Shown here: in pieces, positions 30,118 through 40,463 of the stretch
Position numbering within the stretch: the first letter of the stretch is position 1
Layout: each line of letters opens with the position of its first letter
IMG/VR virus record: IMGVR_UViG_3300012979_000001
Span: 99,375-163,374 of that record
Direction: 5' to 3' (one strand)
DNA: 64,000 nt
DNA from: a virus
Taxonomy: Duplodnaviria > Heunggongvirae > Uroviricota > Caudoviricetes
Made by a program: the position numbers and the translations under genes
Notes under the pieces: model-generated
Database searches by the model: none
Seen by the model: only the letters and a program-made list of their open reading frames with translations
What the model was told of the DNA's origin: nothing

Positions 30118-31944
30118 TTAATATCCTGTACCCCAACCTTGAGCCTGTAACAAAGCCCAATTTGACATTGCGGTACATTTCGCTGCCTGTTCTGATGTAA
30201 AGCCAATATTTCTCAAAGTTCTTGTTCCTTTTTGCCAAGTAGTTGTTGCAAATCCACCCATTATGTTATTTAAACTTTCATCAGTTAAGTTAGGACAATT
30301 TGCAAATACATTTGTAACATACTGTGCATCTCCATTTGATACATTAAACTTAAATTGTCCTACATCTTTTAAGTTTGTACATCCACTAAAACAAGACACT
30401 GCTCCTATTGCTCCTACTGCCGCTCTTACATCCCATATATTTGCAGGAATAAATGTTAGACTTGTACAATCTTTGAATGTACTATTCCATCCTGCCAATT
30501 GGTCGTATTCCATCATTTCTGGTGGAATTTCAGTTAAACTTGAGCATCCCTCAAAAACATAATTTAAGGCAAATATTTTTCCAGTAAATTTTAATTTTAC
30601 ATTTTTTAATTTTTTACAATCTTTAAAAATGGCACGATTTTGTGTTTCTGCACTTATACTTTTTGTAAACTCTAATGTTTCTATAGTTTCTAAATTTTCG
30701 CAACCTTCAAACATATTAGCACATACACCATAAACTTTAATATGAGGTAATGTTTTAAATCCTTTACAATTTCTAAATGTTCCATAAGAAGTTCCACTAT
30801 ATGATGTAGGAATATTTGGATAGGTTTCTAAACCCTCACATCCATCAAACATATAATCTGTAGAAATATAAAAAACATTTCCAGATGTCTGTGTTAAATT
30901 TACTTCTTTTAAGTTTTTGCAATTCTGAAACGCATATGTAATATTATTGTTTAAATTAACAGTATTTAAAGTAATCCCTTCAAGATTTGTACAGTTCGCA
31001 AATGCATAATACATATTAGATATAGAATGTGCACGTGTCAGTGTAAAATTAACTGTTTTTAAATTTGTACAATTTCTGAATGTATTACTTATATTTGAAA
31101 CTTTTGGAAAATACAAATCTACACTTTCTAAAGAGGTACAATTATAAAACATATTCATAACATTTATAGCGCTATTAAAATTACAATTAGGTAAAGTTGT
31201 AATACTGTGACATTCATTAAACATACAATATGCATCCTGAATATTCTCCATATTCATATTTGGAATGCTTGTTAAATTATAGCAACTAGAAAACATATAT
31301 CTAGCATTAATAATTGATGGCACAGTAATATCAGGAATACTAGTTAGTTTCCTACAGCTAGAGAATGCCGAACTAAAATTTGTACATTCATCAGGAATAT
31401 TTAATGAATAAAGCCTTTCCAATGCTAATGAAATCATAAACTGTTGTGTTGTTCCTTTACCATCAATTAATGCATTGGCATCAGGCATTGCACCAACTAA
31501 TCTTTCACCTCTCGCATAGGCAATTTTTCCTTCTCTTATATCTTCTGCTACTGCTGTCGCATCTGAAAAATCTTTTTCTGTATCTACACTTTCTGCTAAT
31601 TCAAGACACGCCTTATATTCTTCTAATTTTGTAATATCAGCAGCCTCTACTTTTATTCCTTCAGTATATCCTGAAGTAGTTGTATGTTCTTCATCAGATG
31701 GAGAGAAAACTAATTCCCCAAGATTTGGCATAGTTCCTTCTACTTTTTGCCCATCTACATAGGCAGTTTCACCAGCTAAAATAGTATGAGAAGAAGCTGT
31801 GGCGTCAGCTGTAGCTTCTACCACATCTTCAAGATTTCCATCAATTCCTAGACATCTTACTCCTTCTCTTAAATTTAGTGGAGTAAGATTGCTTTTTTTA
31901 TTTTGTAAAATTCTATTTAAAACTTGTTGTAATTGATTAGCCAT
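30118..31944 (-). CDS. DATAT-repeat / LRR protein
   Basis: About 15 LRR-like xFxxCxxL repeats; cap LTDESLNNIM...AQGWGTGY. Confidence 0.7.
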   Translation of the reverse strand: MANQLQQVLNRILQNKKSNLTPLNLREGVRCLGIDGNLEDVVEATADATASSHTILAGETAYVDGQKVEGTMPNLGELVFSPSDEEHTTTSGYTEGIKVEAADITKLEEYKACLELAESVDTEKDFSDATAVAEDIREGKIAYARGERLVGAMPDANALIDGKGTTQQFMISLALERLYSLNIPDECTNFSSAFSSCRKLTSIPDITVPSIINARYMFSSCYNLTSIPNMNMENIQDAYCMFNECHSITTLPNCNFNSAINVMNMFYNCTSLESVDLYFPKVSNISNTFRNCTNLKTVNFTLTRAHSISNMYYAFANCTNLEGITLNTVNLNNNITYAFQNCKNLKEVNLTQTSGNVFYISTDYMFDGCEGLETYPNIPTSYSGTSYGTFRNCKGFKTLPHIKVYGVCANMFEGCENLETIETLEFTKSISAETQNRAIFKDCKKLKNVKLKFTGKIFALNYVFEGCSSLTEIPPEMMEYDQLAGWNSTFKDCTSLTFIPANIWDVRAAVGAIGAVSCFSGCTNLKDVGQFKFNVSNGDAQYVTNVFANCPNLTDESLNNIMGGFATTTWQKGTRTLRNIGFTSEQAAKCTAMSNWALLQAQGWGTGY

Positions 31945-31973
31945 TTCTTTCCTCCTATTATTTTATATTTTAT

Positions 31974-33018
31974 CTATAAAGTTTCTGCTATTTTTTGAAC
32001 ATTTTTTTCAATATCAGCATAAGTTACTTTGTCATTAACTGGTTTACTAAACATTAAGTCAATGAATTGCTCTAATGTTACTTTAAATATAATTCCTTGT
32101 GTATGATTTGCTTTACTATTATAAGAATTTGTATACATTTGATTGTACTCATCTTTAGAAATATATTCTTGAATTTGTTTATAATAATCATAGTAGAATT
32201 TTCTACTTAATTCTTCAATAGCTTCTAATGTTTCAGTTGGCACACCTTTAGCAAGTGCTACGTTGTAATATATAAAACAACTAAATGCTGTTTCTAATGC
32301 ACTAGGTGCAATCATCTTTAATGGAACTCCTTCTCTTTGAGCTACATTATATGCATTATGTAAGTTATAAATGTATCCGTGGTGTACAAATTCCATATTC
32401 ATACTCTGATTTCCCACGTCTTGTTATACTTGCTTGATTAAAATGCCATTGATATGTTGGATGACTCATTGCTTTTCCACCATTTTCTCCTGCTTCATAC
32501 ATAGCAATTAAATGACACATTGTATTAAATCCAACATCTTCATTTGCTCTTGTATTTGTAAATCTAATATTATGTTGGTCTAAGAAGCTTCTTCTATACA
32601 TATGTCCAAACAACCAAACTAAATTGGCAGGCATTTGCATTTGTTCACAATTTTTACCTACTTGCATAAATGGACTTATAATAAATTTAATAGAAGAATC
32701 TTTTAAAGGTTGTGATAATATTGTTAATGAGCAAGCTTCAAAAAAAGTATCATCTGCATCTATAAATGAAATGAACTCTTCTTTTGTATGGTCAATTCCA
32801 TATTGTCTTGCATATCCTACACCTTGATTTTTTTCATATCCTATTTCTTTAACATTTAAAAGAGGCTTGAAGATATTCACAATATCTTCATAACCTCTTC
32901 CTCCATCATTTACTATTGTTACAACTAATTCATCTCTATTTAGTTGCATTGCTAACGAACTTAATGTTTTTATAATAGTGTCGTGACTATTATATGCTGG
33001 TATTATTATATCAATCAT
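31974..33018 (-). CDS. Family 2 glycosyltransferase, 347 aa after skipping one extra C (32379)
   Basis: IIIPAYN, IVNDG, NQGVGYARQYG, FIDADD and NEDVGF motifs. The two ORF-track pieces join at ACA CCA [C] GGA TAC. Confidence 0.85.
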
Positions 33019-33050
33019 ATTCTTTCCTCCAAAATCATTTTAAAATTACT

Positions 33051-36000
33051 CTAAGTAATATTTATAATATTAAATAGCCATCCTTTGTTTTTAACTGCTG
33101 TTATTTCATCTGTTGTTAATAATTTGTATTGTGTATCATATATCATTATATTTTGTTTATAACTTAAAGCACCTACACTTGATACATTATATGTTATACA
33201 TAAATTATATAAATTGCTCATTACATTTTGTATACTTCTTTGAGTTAAATTTGGCATTTGTAATAAATTTATTGTATACATATAATGATTTAAACCCTTA
33301 TATGTATATCCTTTTCCTATATTTATAAATCCGCCAAAATTTTGTAACTTTTCATATGGAAGAGCAGAATTAGACCTACATATTATTAAATTACTATATT
33401 GATTTGATGTATCTGCGTGTATTGCGCCAAGCGTCTCTAGGTTTGGACATTCGTGAACCATATATGCCATTGTTGATGAGTTTGGTAAATATAAGTTTCC
33501 TATTGTTTTTAAATTTTGACAATTACTAAACATATATTGAGAAATTGTTACTAAAGGATAATTTATATCTCCAATAACTTCCGCCCTACTATTTCTAAAC
33601 ATATAATATGTATTCTGTAATTTTGGCATATTTAATGTTTCAAAACCAGAAATATTCCCTGTATTTATAAACATATTTGAAGCACTAGTAACATTTACTA
33701 AATTTAAATTAGTAAAGTTATTCATATCTCCAACTCCTGCAAACATATTTTGTACAGCAGTTACACTTGATAAATTTACATTTGTTACAGATGTTAAATT
33801 AGAACAATTTGCAAACAAATTGCGAACATTTGTTACCTTACTAAAATCTATATCTGAAACAGTTGTTAAATTTGTACAATCTGCAAACATATTTGATATA
33901 TTTTTTACATTCACAAAATTTAAATTAGAAACTGTTTTTAAATTTGTACAATTTGCAAACATATTATATGTATTATTTGCTAAAGGAAAACTCCAATCAT
34001 TAAAGTAAGGAAGACTTGTACAATCTTTAAACATCATTGGCATCTCTAATACTTTTGGCATTTGAATGTTAGAAATTGTTGTTAAATTTGTACAATTTTG
34101 AAACATAGAACCTGCACTTGTTACTTCTGGAAAAATCCAATCTTTAAAAGTATTTAATTTTGTACACCCATAAAACATACTAGCAACACCTGTTGCCTTA
34201 TTTACATTTATTTGATTATATGTGATATTAGATAAGTTTGTACAATTAGCAAAGAAACTGCTAAATGACGTAACATTCCAAAAGTTTAACATTGTATCTC
34301 CCAAATCATAAAGATTATAACAATTTGCAAAAAGGTTATAGGCATTATTTGTTTTTGCAAAATTAAACCCACTAATATTATTTACAGAAGTTATACCTGT
34401 TCCACTAAATGCCCCAGTCATTATTATTCTATCATAACTATCTCCATATTTTAAATTAACAAAATTAATTTGTTTTAAATTTGAACAACCTTGAAACATA
34501 CTTGGCATATTATTTATTGTTGCATTATTGATTGTAATATTATTTAAATTTATACAATTTCCAAACATCCAATTATAATTTGGATAATTATAAAAATATC
34601 CACCCTTTATAGTAAAAGTAAAATCTGTTAATTGATTACATCCTTGGAACATTGAAGCAAAACCGCTACTATGTCGCCCATTAGCATAACTAACAGCAAC
34701 TTCATTAGGGAATTGCAAATTACCACAATTCAAAAACATATAAGCATATTCTCCTAAATTTAAATTTTCAAAGAAGTTGTTTGGTAATGTTGTTAAATTA
34801 TAACAATTTGCAAACATATACATAGCTTGTGCATTATAATAACTATTATATGTCCTTAAAAAAATATTACAATTAATAAACTCTCTTAAATTATAACAGT
34901 TTGCAAACATATAAGTTCCATACCATATATTTCCAAAATTACAATTTTTTACTGTTACTAAATTGCTACAATTCCAAAAAGCTTGATAAAAGTTTTGAAA
35001 ATTGACAATAGCATTATAATTTTCAAAACTTGTTACTGAATTACAATTTAAGAAAGTACAATTTATATGTCTGTGAGAAGTTGGTTTGTTACAATATAAT
35101 TTACCCAAATCAACAGTATTTAACAATCCAGAGTTGGCAAACGTATAATTCATATGCAATACATTTGAATAATTTATTGACTCTGGAATCTCAATTAATT
35201 TTTTACAATTATAAAAAGTATAGGTCATTACTGCTACTTTATCCGTATTTATTAAATTTACGCTAGTTAGGTTGTTACATCCGTGAAACATTGAAGATAT
35301 ATCTGTTACATTTGGAATTGTTAAATCTGGTGTAGTCATCAAATTATAACATCCAGAACACATATATTGTGTGCTTGTTGCATTATTTAAATCCATTGGA
35401 GGCAAACTTTTTAAATATGTACATCCAGTAAAAATGTTGGATGCGTTTGTTACGTTACTAGTATCTATTTTGTCTACCGCCACAAGCATTGTCAATGGAG
35501 TCAATCCTTGATTTCTACCACTTGTTTCAAATTTTGCATTATATGCCTCTGGATTACTATCAAATGTTCCTTCCATTCCTAAAATATTCATTCCCTTTTT
35601 AAGAATTGCTGGAGATAATCCAATAGCTTTTGTAATTTGGTCTCCTGTTGCAGATAATGTATAATCTAAGTTTTGTCCCAAAATTCCTCTCTCTGTGATA
35701 ACAGTGTCTATTTTTAATGTTGTTAATTGGTCTGCTGGAACATATACATTCTTTGCAACTCCAGATTCAATATTTGTTATAGGAGCTACAGTACCAACTA
35801 TTTTTTGACCATTAACATAAGCAGTCTTTCCTTCCATAATATCTCCAGAAGTCGCTGTAGCGTCTGTAGTTACAGTTCCTTCATAATCTCCCGTTACACC
35901 TAGAACTCTAACATTTTTTTTTAATACGTCTGCTGTCAATCCAGATACTGCTGCAACATCAGCTTGAGGCAATATAACATTTAATGTTGATGCTGCCCTA

Positions 36001-37385
36001 TACATTGTAGTTTGTGCATTTGTTCTTCCTGCTGGTTTTGCAAGACCATAAACATAACTTCCAGACCTTCCAACACTTCCAGATGGTACATAATCATTTT
36101 GAGTTCCAGTTATAACAGGAACAGTACCAGTTATCTTTTCTCCTTTAACATATGCTGTCTTTCCTTGAGCTATGTCTGTAATTGCTGCTGTTGCATCATC
36201 TGTATTTACTGTTTGTTTTACCCAAATTGCATTTTCATATAAATACAATCCAATAAAAGTATTATCTTCATCAATGATTATTGCATAGTCTCCTTCTTTA
36301 TTTCCTGTACTTGCATACATTTCATTTGTTGTTAAAAATTCTTTTATATCAGATTCTGGGTTCTCAACAAGAGTTCCTACTATATCCATTATTTTAATAT
36401 TTGCACGAATATTTTCTGGTCTCAATGCTGTTGATGGAATTCTAAATATACAAAATGCACATTCGTTTGGAGTAGAAAATATTAAATTTGAATATTTAGC
36501 ACTTGCAGCACCATTAATTCTCATTGCTGTCAACAATGGTGGATATCCATCTTCTGTTAAATATTTTGTTGTTTCTATTTCTGCATAAGGAGATGTTGTT
36601 CTTTTAATTAATACATCATCAGAGTAATCAGTATCTTCTTCATTACTTCTTAAATATGTGAGGAACATAAAATCTCCTGCTTGGTATGAACCTTGTATAT
36701 TTACACTAGTATTTTGTGTTGCTGTCGAATTTTGTTCATATATTAAATCCATTGTTTCTGCTGTGTCAAAAGAAATCAATGTCACATACAATATTTCTTC
36801 TACATTTTGTGTTACAGTAAATGTGGTTGTTTCTCCATCTGCTAACACTTCATATATGTACATTGTTTGATACCACATCTCATCTCCATATGGAGCCACA
36901 GTATAACTATGAGTCATTTCCCATCTATCTGGAATTGATAAAGTTCCTCTTGCAACTACAATAGCATATACTTTACATCCCGTTTTAGATGTAACTGTAG
37001 CTGTAATAGAAGTTGTCTTCTTTCCTCCAACAGCTTTATATGCCAGCATATTTGTTTTTGAATTTGCTTCTATAACACTTTTTACAGAAGGTGTAGATAT
37101 TGAAGTTACATATCCATTAACAGAAGTTGTAGAGGTAGAATTTATAGAAGGAGTAACAGTTTTTGTTCCAATGTTTGGCATTGTACCAGTTACTTTTCCA
37201 CCTTTTATATAAGCAGTCTCACCAGACAAAATATCTCCAGCTTCTGCTGTCGCATCTGTTGAGTCCATAACTTCCACAGTTCCTACTACATCAAAAATTT
37301 GAACTCCAGCTCTTATGTTGTCTGGAATAATTTTACTGTTTTTTTCTGCTTGTATTCTTTGCAGATTTTGTTCTAATTCTGACAT
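33051..37385 (-). CDS. Largest array member (1444 aa): DATAT repeats plus a very long LRR solenoid
   Basis: More than 25 MFxxCxxL-type repeats; shares internal blocks with the 15176 and 23149 proteins; C-terminal KGW. Confidence 0.75.
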   Translation of the reverse strand: MSELEQNLQRIQAEKNSKIIPDNIRAGVQIFDVVGTVEVMDSTDATAEAGDILSGETAYIKGGKVTGTMPNIGTKTVTPSINSTSTTSVNGYVTSISTPSVKSVIEANSKTNMLAYKAVGGKKTTSITATVTSKTGCKVYAIVVARGTLSIPDRWEMTHSYTVAPYGDEMWYQTMYIYEVLADGETTTFTVTQNVEEILYVTLISFDTAETMDLIYEQNSTATQNTSVNIQGSYQAGDFMFLTYLRSNEEDTDYSDDVLIKRTTSPYAEIETTKYLTEDGYPPLLTAMRINGAASAKYSNLIFSTPNECAFCIFRIPSTALRPENIRANIKIMDIVGTLVENPESDIKEFLTTNEMYASTGNKEGDYAIIIDEDNTFIGLYLYENAIWVKQTVNTDDATAAITDIAQGKTAYVKGEKITGTVPVITGTQNDYVPSGSVGRSGSYVYGLAKPAGRTNAQTTMYRAASTLNVILPQADVAAVSGLTADVLKKNVRVLGVTGDYEGTVTTDATATSGDIMEGKTAYVNGQKIVGTVAPITNIESGVAKNVYVPADQLTTLKIDTVITERGILGQNLDYTLSATGDQITKAIGLSPAILKKGMNILGMEGTFDSNPEAYNAKFETSGRNQGLTPLTMLVAVDKIDTSNVTNASNIFTGCTYLKSLPPMDLNNATSTQYMCSGCYNLMTTPDLTIPNVTDISSMFHGCNNLTSVNLINTDKVAVMTYTFYNCKKLIEIPESINYSNVLHMNYTFANSGLLNTVDLGKLYCNKPTSHRHINCTFLNCNSVTSFENYNAIVNFQNFYQAFWNCSNLVTVKNCNFGNIWYGTYMFANCYNLREFINCNIFLRTYNSYYNAQAMYMFANCYNLTTLPNNFFENLNLGEYAYMFLNCGNLQFPNEVAVSYANGRHSSGFASMFQGCNQLTDFTFTIKGGYFYNYPNYNWMFGNCINLNNITINNATINNMPSMFQGCSNLKQINFVNLKYGDSYDRIIMTGAFSGTGITSVNNISGFNFAKTNNAYNLFANCYNLYDLGDTMLNFWNVTSFSSFFANCTNLSNITYNQINVNKATGVASMFYGCTKLNTFKDWIFPEVTSAGSMFQNCTNLTTISNIQMPKVLEMPMMFKDCTSLPYFNDWSFPLANNTYNMFANCTNLKTVSNLNFVNVKNISNMFADCTNLTTVSDIDFSKVTNVRNLFANCSNLTSVTNVNLSSVTAVQNMFAGVGDMNNFTNLNLVNVTSASNMFINTGNISGFETLNMPKLQNTYYMFRNSRAEVIGDINYPLVTISQYMFSNCQNLKTIGNLYLPNSSTMAYMVHECPNLETLGAIHADTSNQYSNLIICRSNSALPYEKLQNFGGFINIGKGYTYKGLNHYMYTINLLQMPNLTQRSIQNVMSNLYNLCITYNVSSVGALSYKQNIMIYDTQYKLLTTDEITAVKNKGWLFNIINIT

Positions 37386-37401
37386 TTATATCTCCTCCCT
37401 T

Positions 37402-39174
37402 CTATATATCACCTAAGATATCTTGTGTTAATCTCAAACAATTATTGTATGATATTGATTTTGTAAAATCTACTGCCGCAATAGTTCCACCAGAAGTATA
37501 TCCTGCTGGAATAGTTTGTACTGATTCTTTCATCTCATAATTTAATTTTCCATTGTTTGGCATAGTACCTTCAACAACACCACTATTATTTATAATTTTC
37601 TCTCCTTCTAAAACTTTATCTGTTGTTGTTAATTCTAATTCATCTGTAGAATAATAATATTCATCATCAAGAGTTATTCCTGATATTACTTGTTTTCCGT
37701 CTAAAGATAATGCATACAAATATGTTCTTTCACTATTTTGAACAAAATATGTATAATCTGAGCTTTGTGCATTTGACACTGGTGATGTTACAGAAAGTGT
37801 TGCACTCATTGACACCACTGAAGTTGTAGTATTTATTAATTTACTTGCTCCAGTATTTGCAATTAATAACATATCGTTACCAAAATTATAAAAAGCTGAA
37901 ACTAAAACTCCCGCAATATCTTTAGTATTTTCAATAACTACAGGACTTGAGAATACTACCTTTTTGTCTTCAGTAATAGCCAAGTCATACATCCATATAT
38001 TTTTATTTTCTCCATATAAAGCTATTGCTATTTTATTAGAAATACTATTAACACCTAAATAATAAACTGTTCCTTGTGTCATTCCATTTGGTAATGGAAC
38101 ATTTGTTGATGCAATTTTATCTAAAAATTCTCCTTGGTGAACAATTAAAATACTTTTGTCAACAATACAAAACTCATCATTACAAAACCATACTTCATAC
38201 ATATCACAAGGTACCTTTACAGAACCTTCTTCAAGAACATATTCTTCTATACTGATTTGTAAATTAGTAAATACATCTCCATCTAAAGCCATATAATTTC
38301 TAATTACATAACCATTAGTGTCTGTACCATAATCATATTCGTAAACAAAATCTCCACTATATAAACTTGGTGCTATCGCAGCACTACGAATAGTTCCAGT
38401 AAATTCTTCTTCTCCATTATAGATTTTTTGAGTAAATACTTTCCCTATTGCTCCTGTTATAATATTTATTTCACAAGCAACAAATTCGTTAGTATCTAAT
38501 ACAAAGTATGTCATTCTTCTGTTTGTAACTACTTCATATCCTATTGCATAAGCCAATACATTTCCTTTTAAATAATTTTTTAAGTCTGCATTTACTGTTG
38601 TGCTTGCAAAAATAAAAGAAACTACTTTTCCATTTAAAGTAGCTTTAAAGTTTTTAAAATATTTATAATCTCCTATTACTTCTTCTGCCAAAGTTGCACG
38701 AATACTTGGATTTAATGTTGTGTAATTTATTTGTAAATCTCCATCCAATTTAGCAAATCCATCTACACCCAAAATAGTATTTCCCTCTACTATTTTATCT
38801 GATGTAAGACCTATTATGCTTGCAACTAAAGCTTTATCTATTGTTAAAACTGTATTGTCTTTTGTAACGTGTCCTGTTTGAGTAGTAAGTAATTCTAAAC
38901 TGGTATTTGTTTCTACTGGACTTTTTAAAGGAAGTTTTGTTGTACTTGTATATTTTTTTATATTTCCAACTATTCTTTGTCCTTGAACATAAGCTACTTT
39001 GTTTTCAATAATATCGTCTTCTGTAGCGTCTGCATCTGTAGTATCCGTACCTTTATAAATACCTTTTACTCCATATATTGTAACGCCTTCACGAATATTT
39101 TCAGGAAGGACTTTCATTTTCTTCTCTTCAACAATTTCATTTAACTTATCTCTTAATTCTGTTGGTTCTGACAT
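37402..39174 (-). CDS. DATAT-repeat protein with a beta-rich (possibly propeller) central domain
   Basis: ENIREGVTIYGV N-terminus; no LRRs; C-terminal GTMPNNG...IPAGYTSGG block. Confidence 0.6.
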   Translation of the reverse strand: MSEPTELRDKLNEIVEEKKMKVLPENIREGVTIYGVKGIYKGTDTTDADATEDDIIENKVAYVQGQRIVGNIKKYTSTTKLPLKSPVETNTSLELLTTQTGHVTKDNTVLTIDKALVASIIGLTSDKIVEGNTILGVDGFAKLDGDLQINYTTLNPSIRATLAEEVIGDYKYFKNFKATLNGKVVSFIFASTTVNADLKNYLKGNVLAYAIGYEVVTNRRMTYFVLDTNEFVACEINIITGAIGKVFTQKIYNGEEEFTGTIRSAAIAPSLYSGDFVYEYDYGTDTNGYVIRNYMALDGDVFTNLQISIEEYVLEEGSVKVPCDMYEVWFCNDEFCIVDKSILIVHQGEFLDKIASTNVPLPNGMTQGTVYYLGVNSISNKIAIALYGENKNIWMYDLAITEDKKVVFSSPVVIENTKDIAGVLVSAFYNFGNDMLLIANTGASKLINTTTSVVSMSATLSVTSPVSNAQSSDYTYFVQNSERTYLYALSLDGKQVISGITLDDEYYYSTDELELTTTDKVLEGEKIINNSGVVEGTMPNNGKLNYEMKESVQTIPAGYTSGGTIAAVDFTKSISYNNCLRLTQDILGDI

Positions 39175-39188
39175 TTACTTCTCCCTCC

Positions 39189-40463
39189 TTAATATCCAGT
39201 TGTCCAGCCTGCATTTAAGAATGCTTGATAATTTGACAATGTTTTACATCTTGTTGCTTGGTCTTGTGTTAAACCTATAAATTTCAATGTCTTATCTCTA
39301 TTTACTTGTGTCATATTAATACACATCATCATAATATTATTTAAACTTTCATTAGTCAAATTAATACATCCAGTAAAAATTTCTTTGGTATTATTTGAAG
39401 AACTAGTTGCTAAAGTAATACTTGACACATCTAATACAGGAACATATTTTAATGCACTACATCCATTGAAAGCATATCCTAAATGGTTAATTGGCATTTT
39501 TAAAGTAGGAATTGTTACTAAAGCAGTACATCCATAAAAAATACGATACCAACTAACTGATTGAGTTGTTTGATATTCTGGTATGATTTGTAAAGCAGTA
39601 CATCCTTCAAACATTTGTTGCATATTATTTACTGTACTTAAATCGAACAATGGTGCCTCTACTAAATCTGTATTTCCTGCAAATAATCCTGTACATCTTC
39701 TAATTAATGAAGGGTCTATTCCATTTACAGTTCCTCCAACCTCTAATGTTCCCACAATTCTCTCTCCATTTGCATACGCAACCTTACCTTTTCTTATGTC
39801 GTTTGCTGTCGCTGTTGTATCTGTGTAATCCTGTGTTGTACTAATAGAATTTGCTAATGTCAAACAAGTTTTATACTCATTTAGCTCTTCTATATCCGTT
39901 GCCGCAATTGTTCCTCCTGTAGTATAACCAGCAGGAATTTCTTGTTCTTCATCTAATGGAACATAATTTAATGCTCCATTGTTCGCCATCGTTCCAACTA
40001 ACTTTTCTCCATAATTATATGCTGTTGCTCCCAACAGAATATCTGCTGAAGTTGCTGTTGCGCCAATATATCCTTCTGAAGTATCTAATTCGTTAGCCAA
40101 ACCTAAGCATATTTTATATTCATTTAATTTTGTTATGTCTGTTTTTTTAACAGCTCCTCCAGAGGTATAACCCTCTGGAATTGGCTGTTCTTCATCTGAT
40201 GGGTCATAAATTAACTCACCATTATTAGGCATAGTACCTTCAATCTTTTCTCCATTTACATAAGCACTCTCGCCTTCTAAAATATGTTCGCTTTTTGCAG
40301 TAGCATCGGTAGTGTCTGTTCCTTTATATGTTCCTTCTACACCTAAACAAACAACACCTTCTCTTAAAGTATCTGGAGTAAGATTGGCTGTTTTATCCTC
40401 TAAAATGTCATCTAACAATACTTGTAATTGATTTAATTCTGCATTTGTAGGCATTTTATTCAT
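39189..40463 (-). CDS. DATAT-repeat / LRR protein
   Basis: Duplicated GTMxNNG..SDEEQxIPxGYTxGG..KLNEYKxCL blocks; cap similar to 28969-30102 at DNA level. Confidence 0.7.
   Translation of the reverse strand: MNKMPTNAELNQLQVLLDDILEDKTANLTPDTLREGVVCLGVEGTYKGTDTTDATAKSEHILEGESAYVNGEKIEGTMPNNGELIYDPSDEEQPIPEGYTSGGAVKKTDITKLNEYKICLGLANELDTSEGYIGATATSADILLGATAYNYGEKLVGTMANNGALNYVPLDEEQEIPAGYTTGGTIAATDIEELNEYKTCLTLANSISTTQDYTDTTATANDIRKGKVAYANGERIVGTLEVGGTVNGIDPSLIRRCTGLFAGNTDLVEAPLFDLSTVNNMQQMFEGCTALQIIPEYQTTQSVSWYRIFYGCTALVTIPTLKMPINHLGYAFNGCSALKYVPVLDVSSITLATSSSNNTKEIFTGCINLTNESLNNIMMMCINMTQVNRDKTLKFIGLTQDQATRCKTLSNYQAFLNAGWTTGY

Noticed and set aside
15176-40463. Diversity-generating retroelement acting on the Asn-rich LRR genes
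   Set aside because: No reverse transcriptase in the window. The most similar pair I compared (caps at 28969 and 39189) differs at all base types, not only adenines. A DGR elsewhere in the genome is not excluded.
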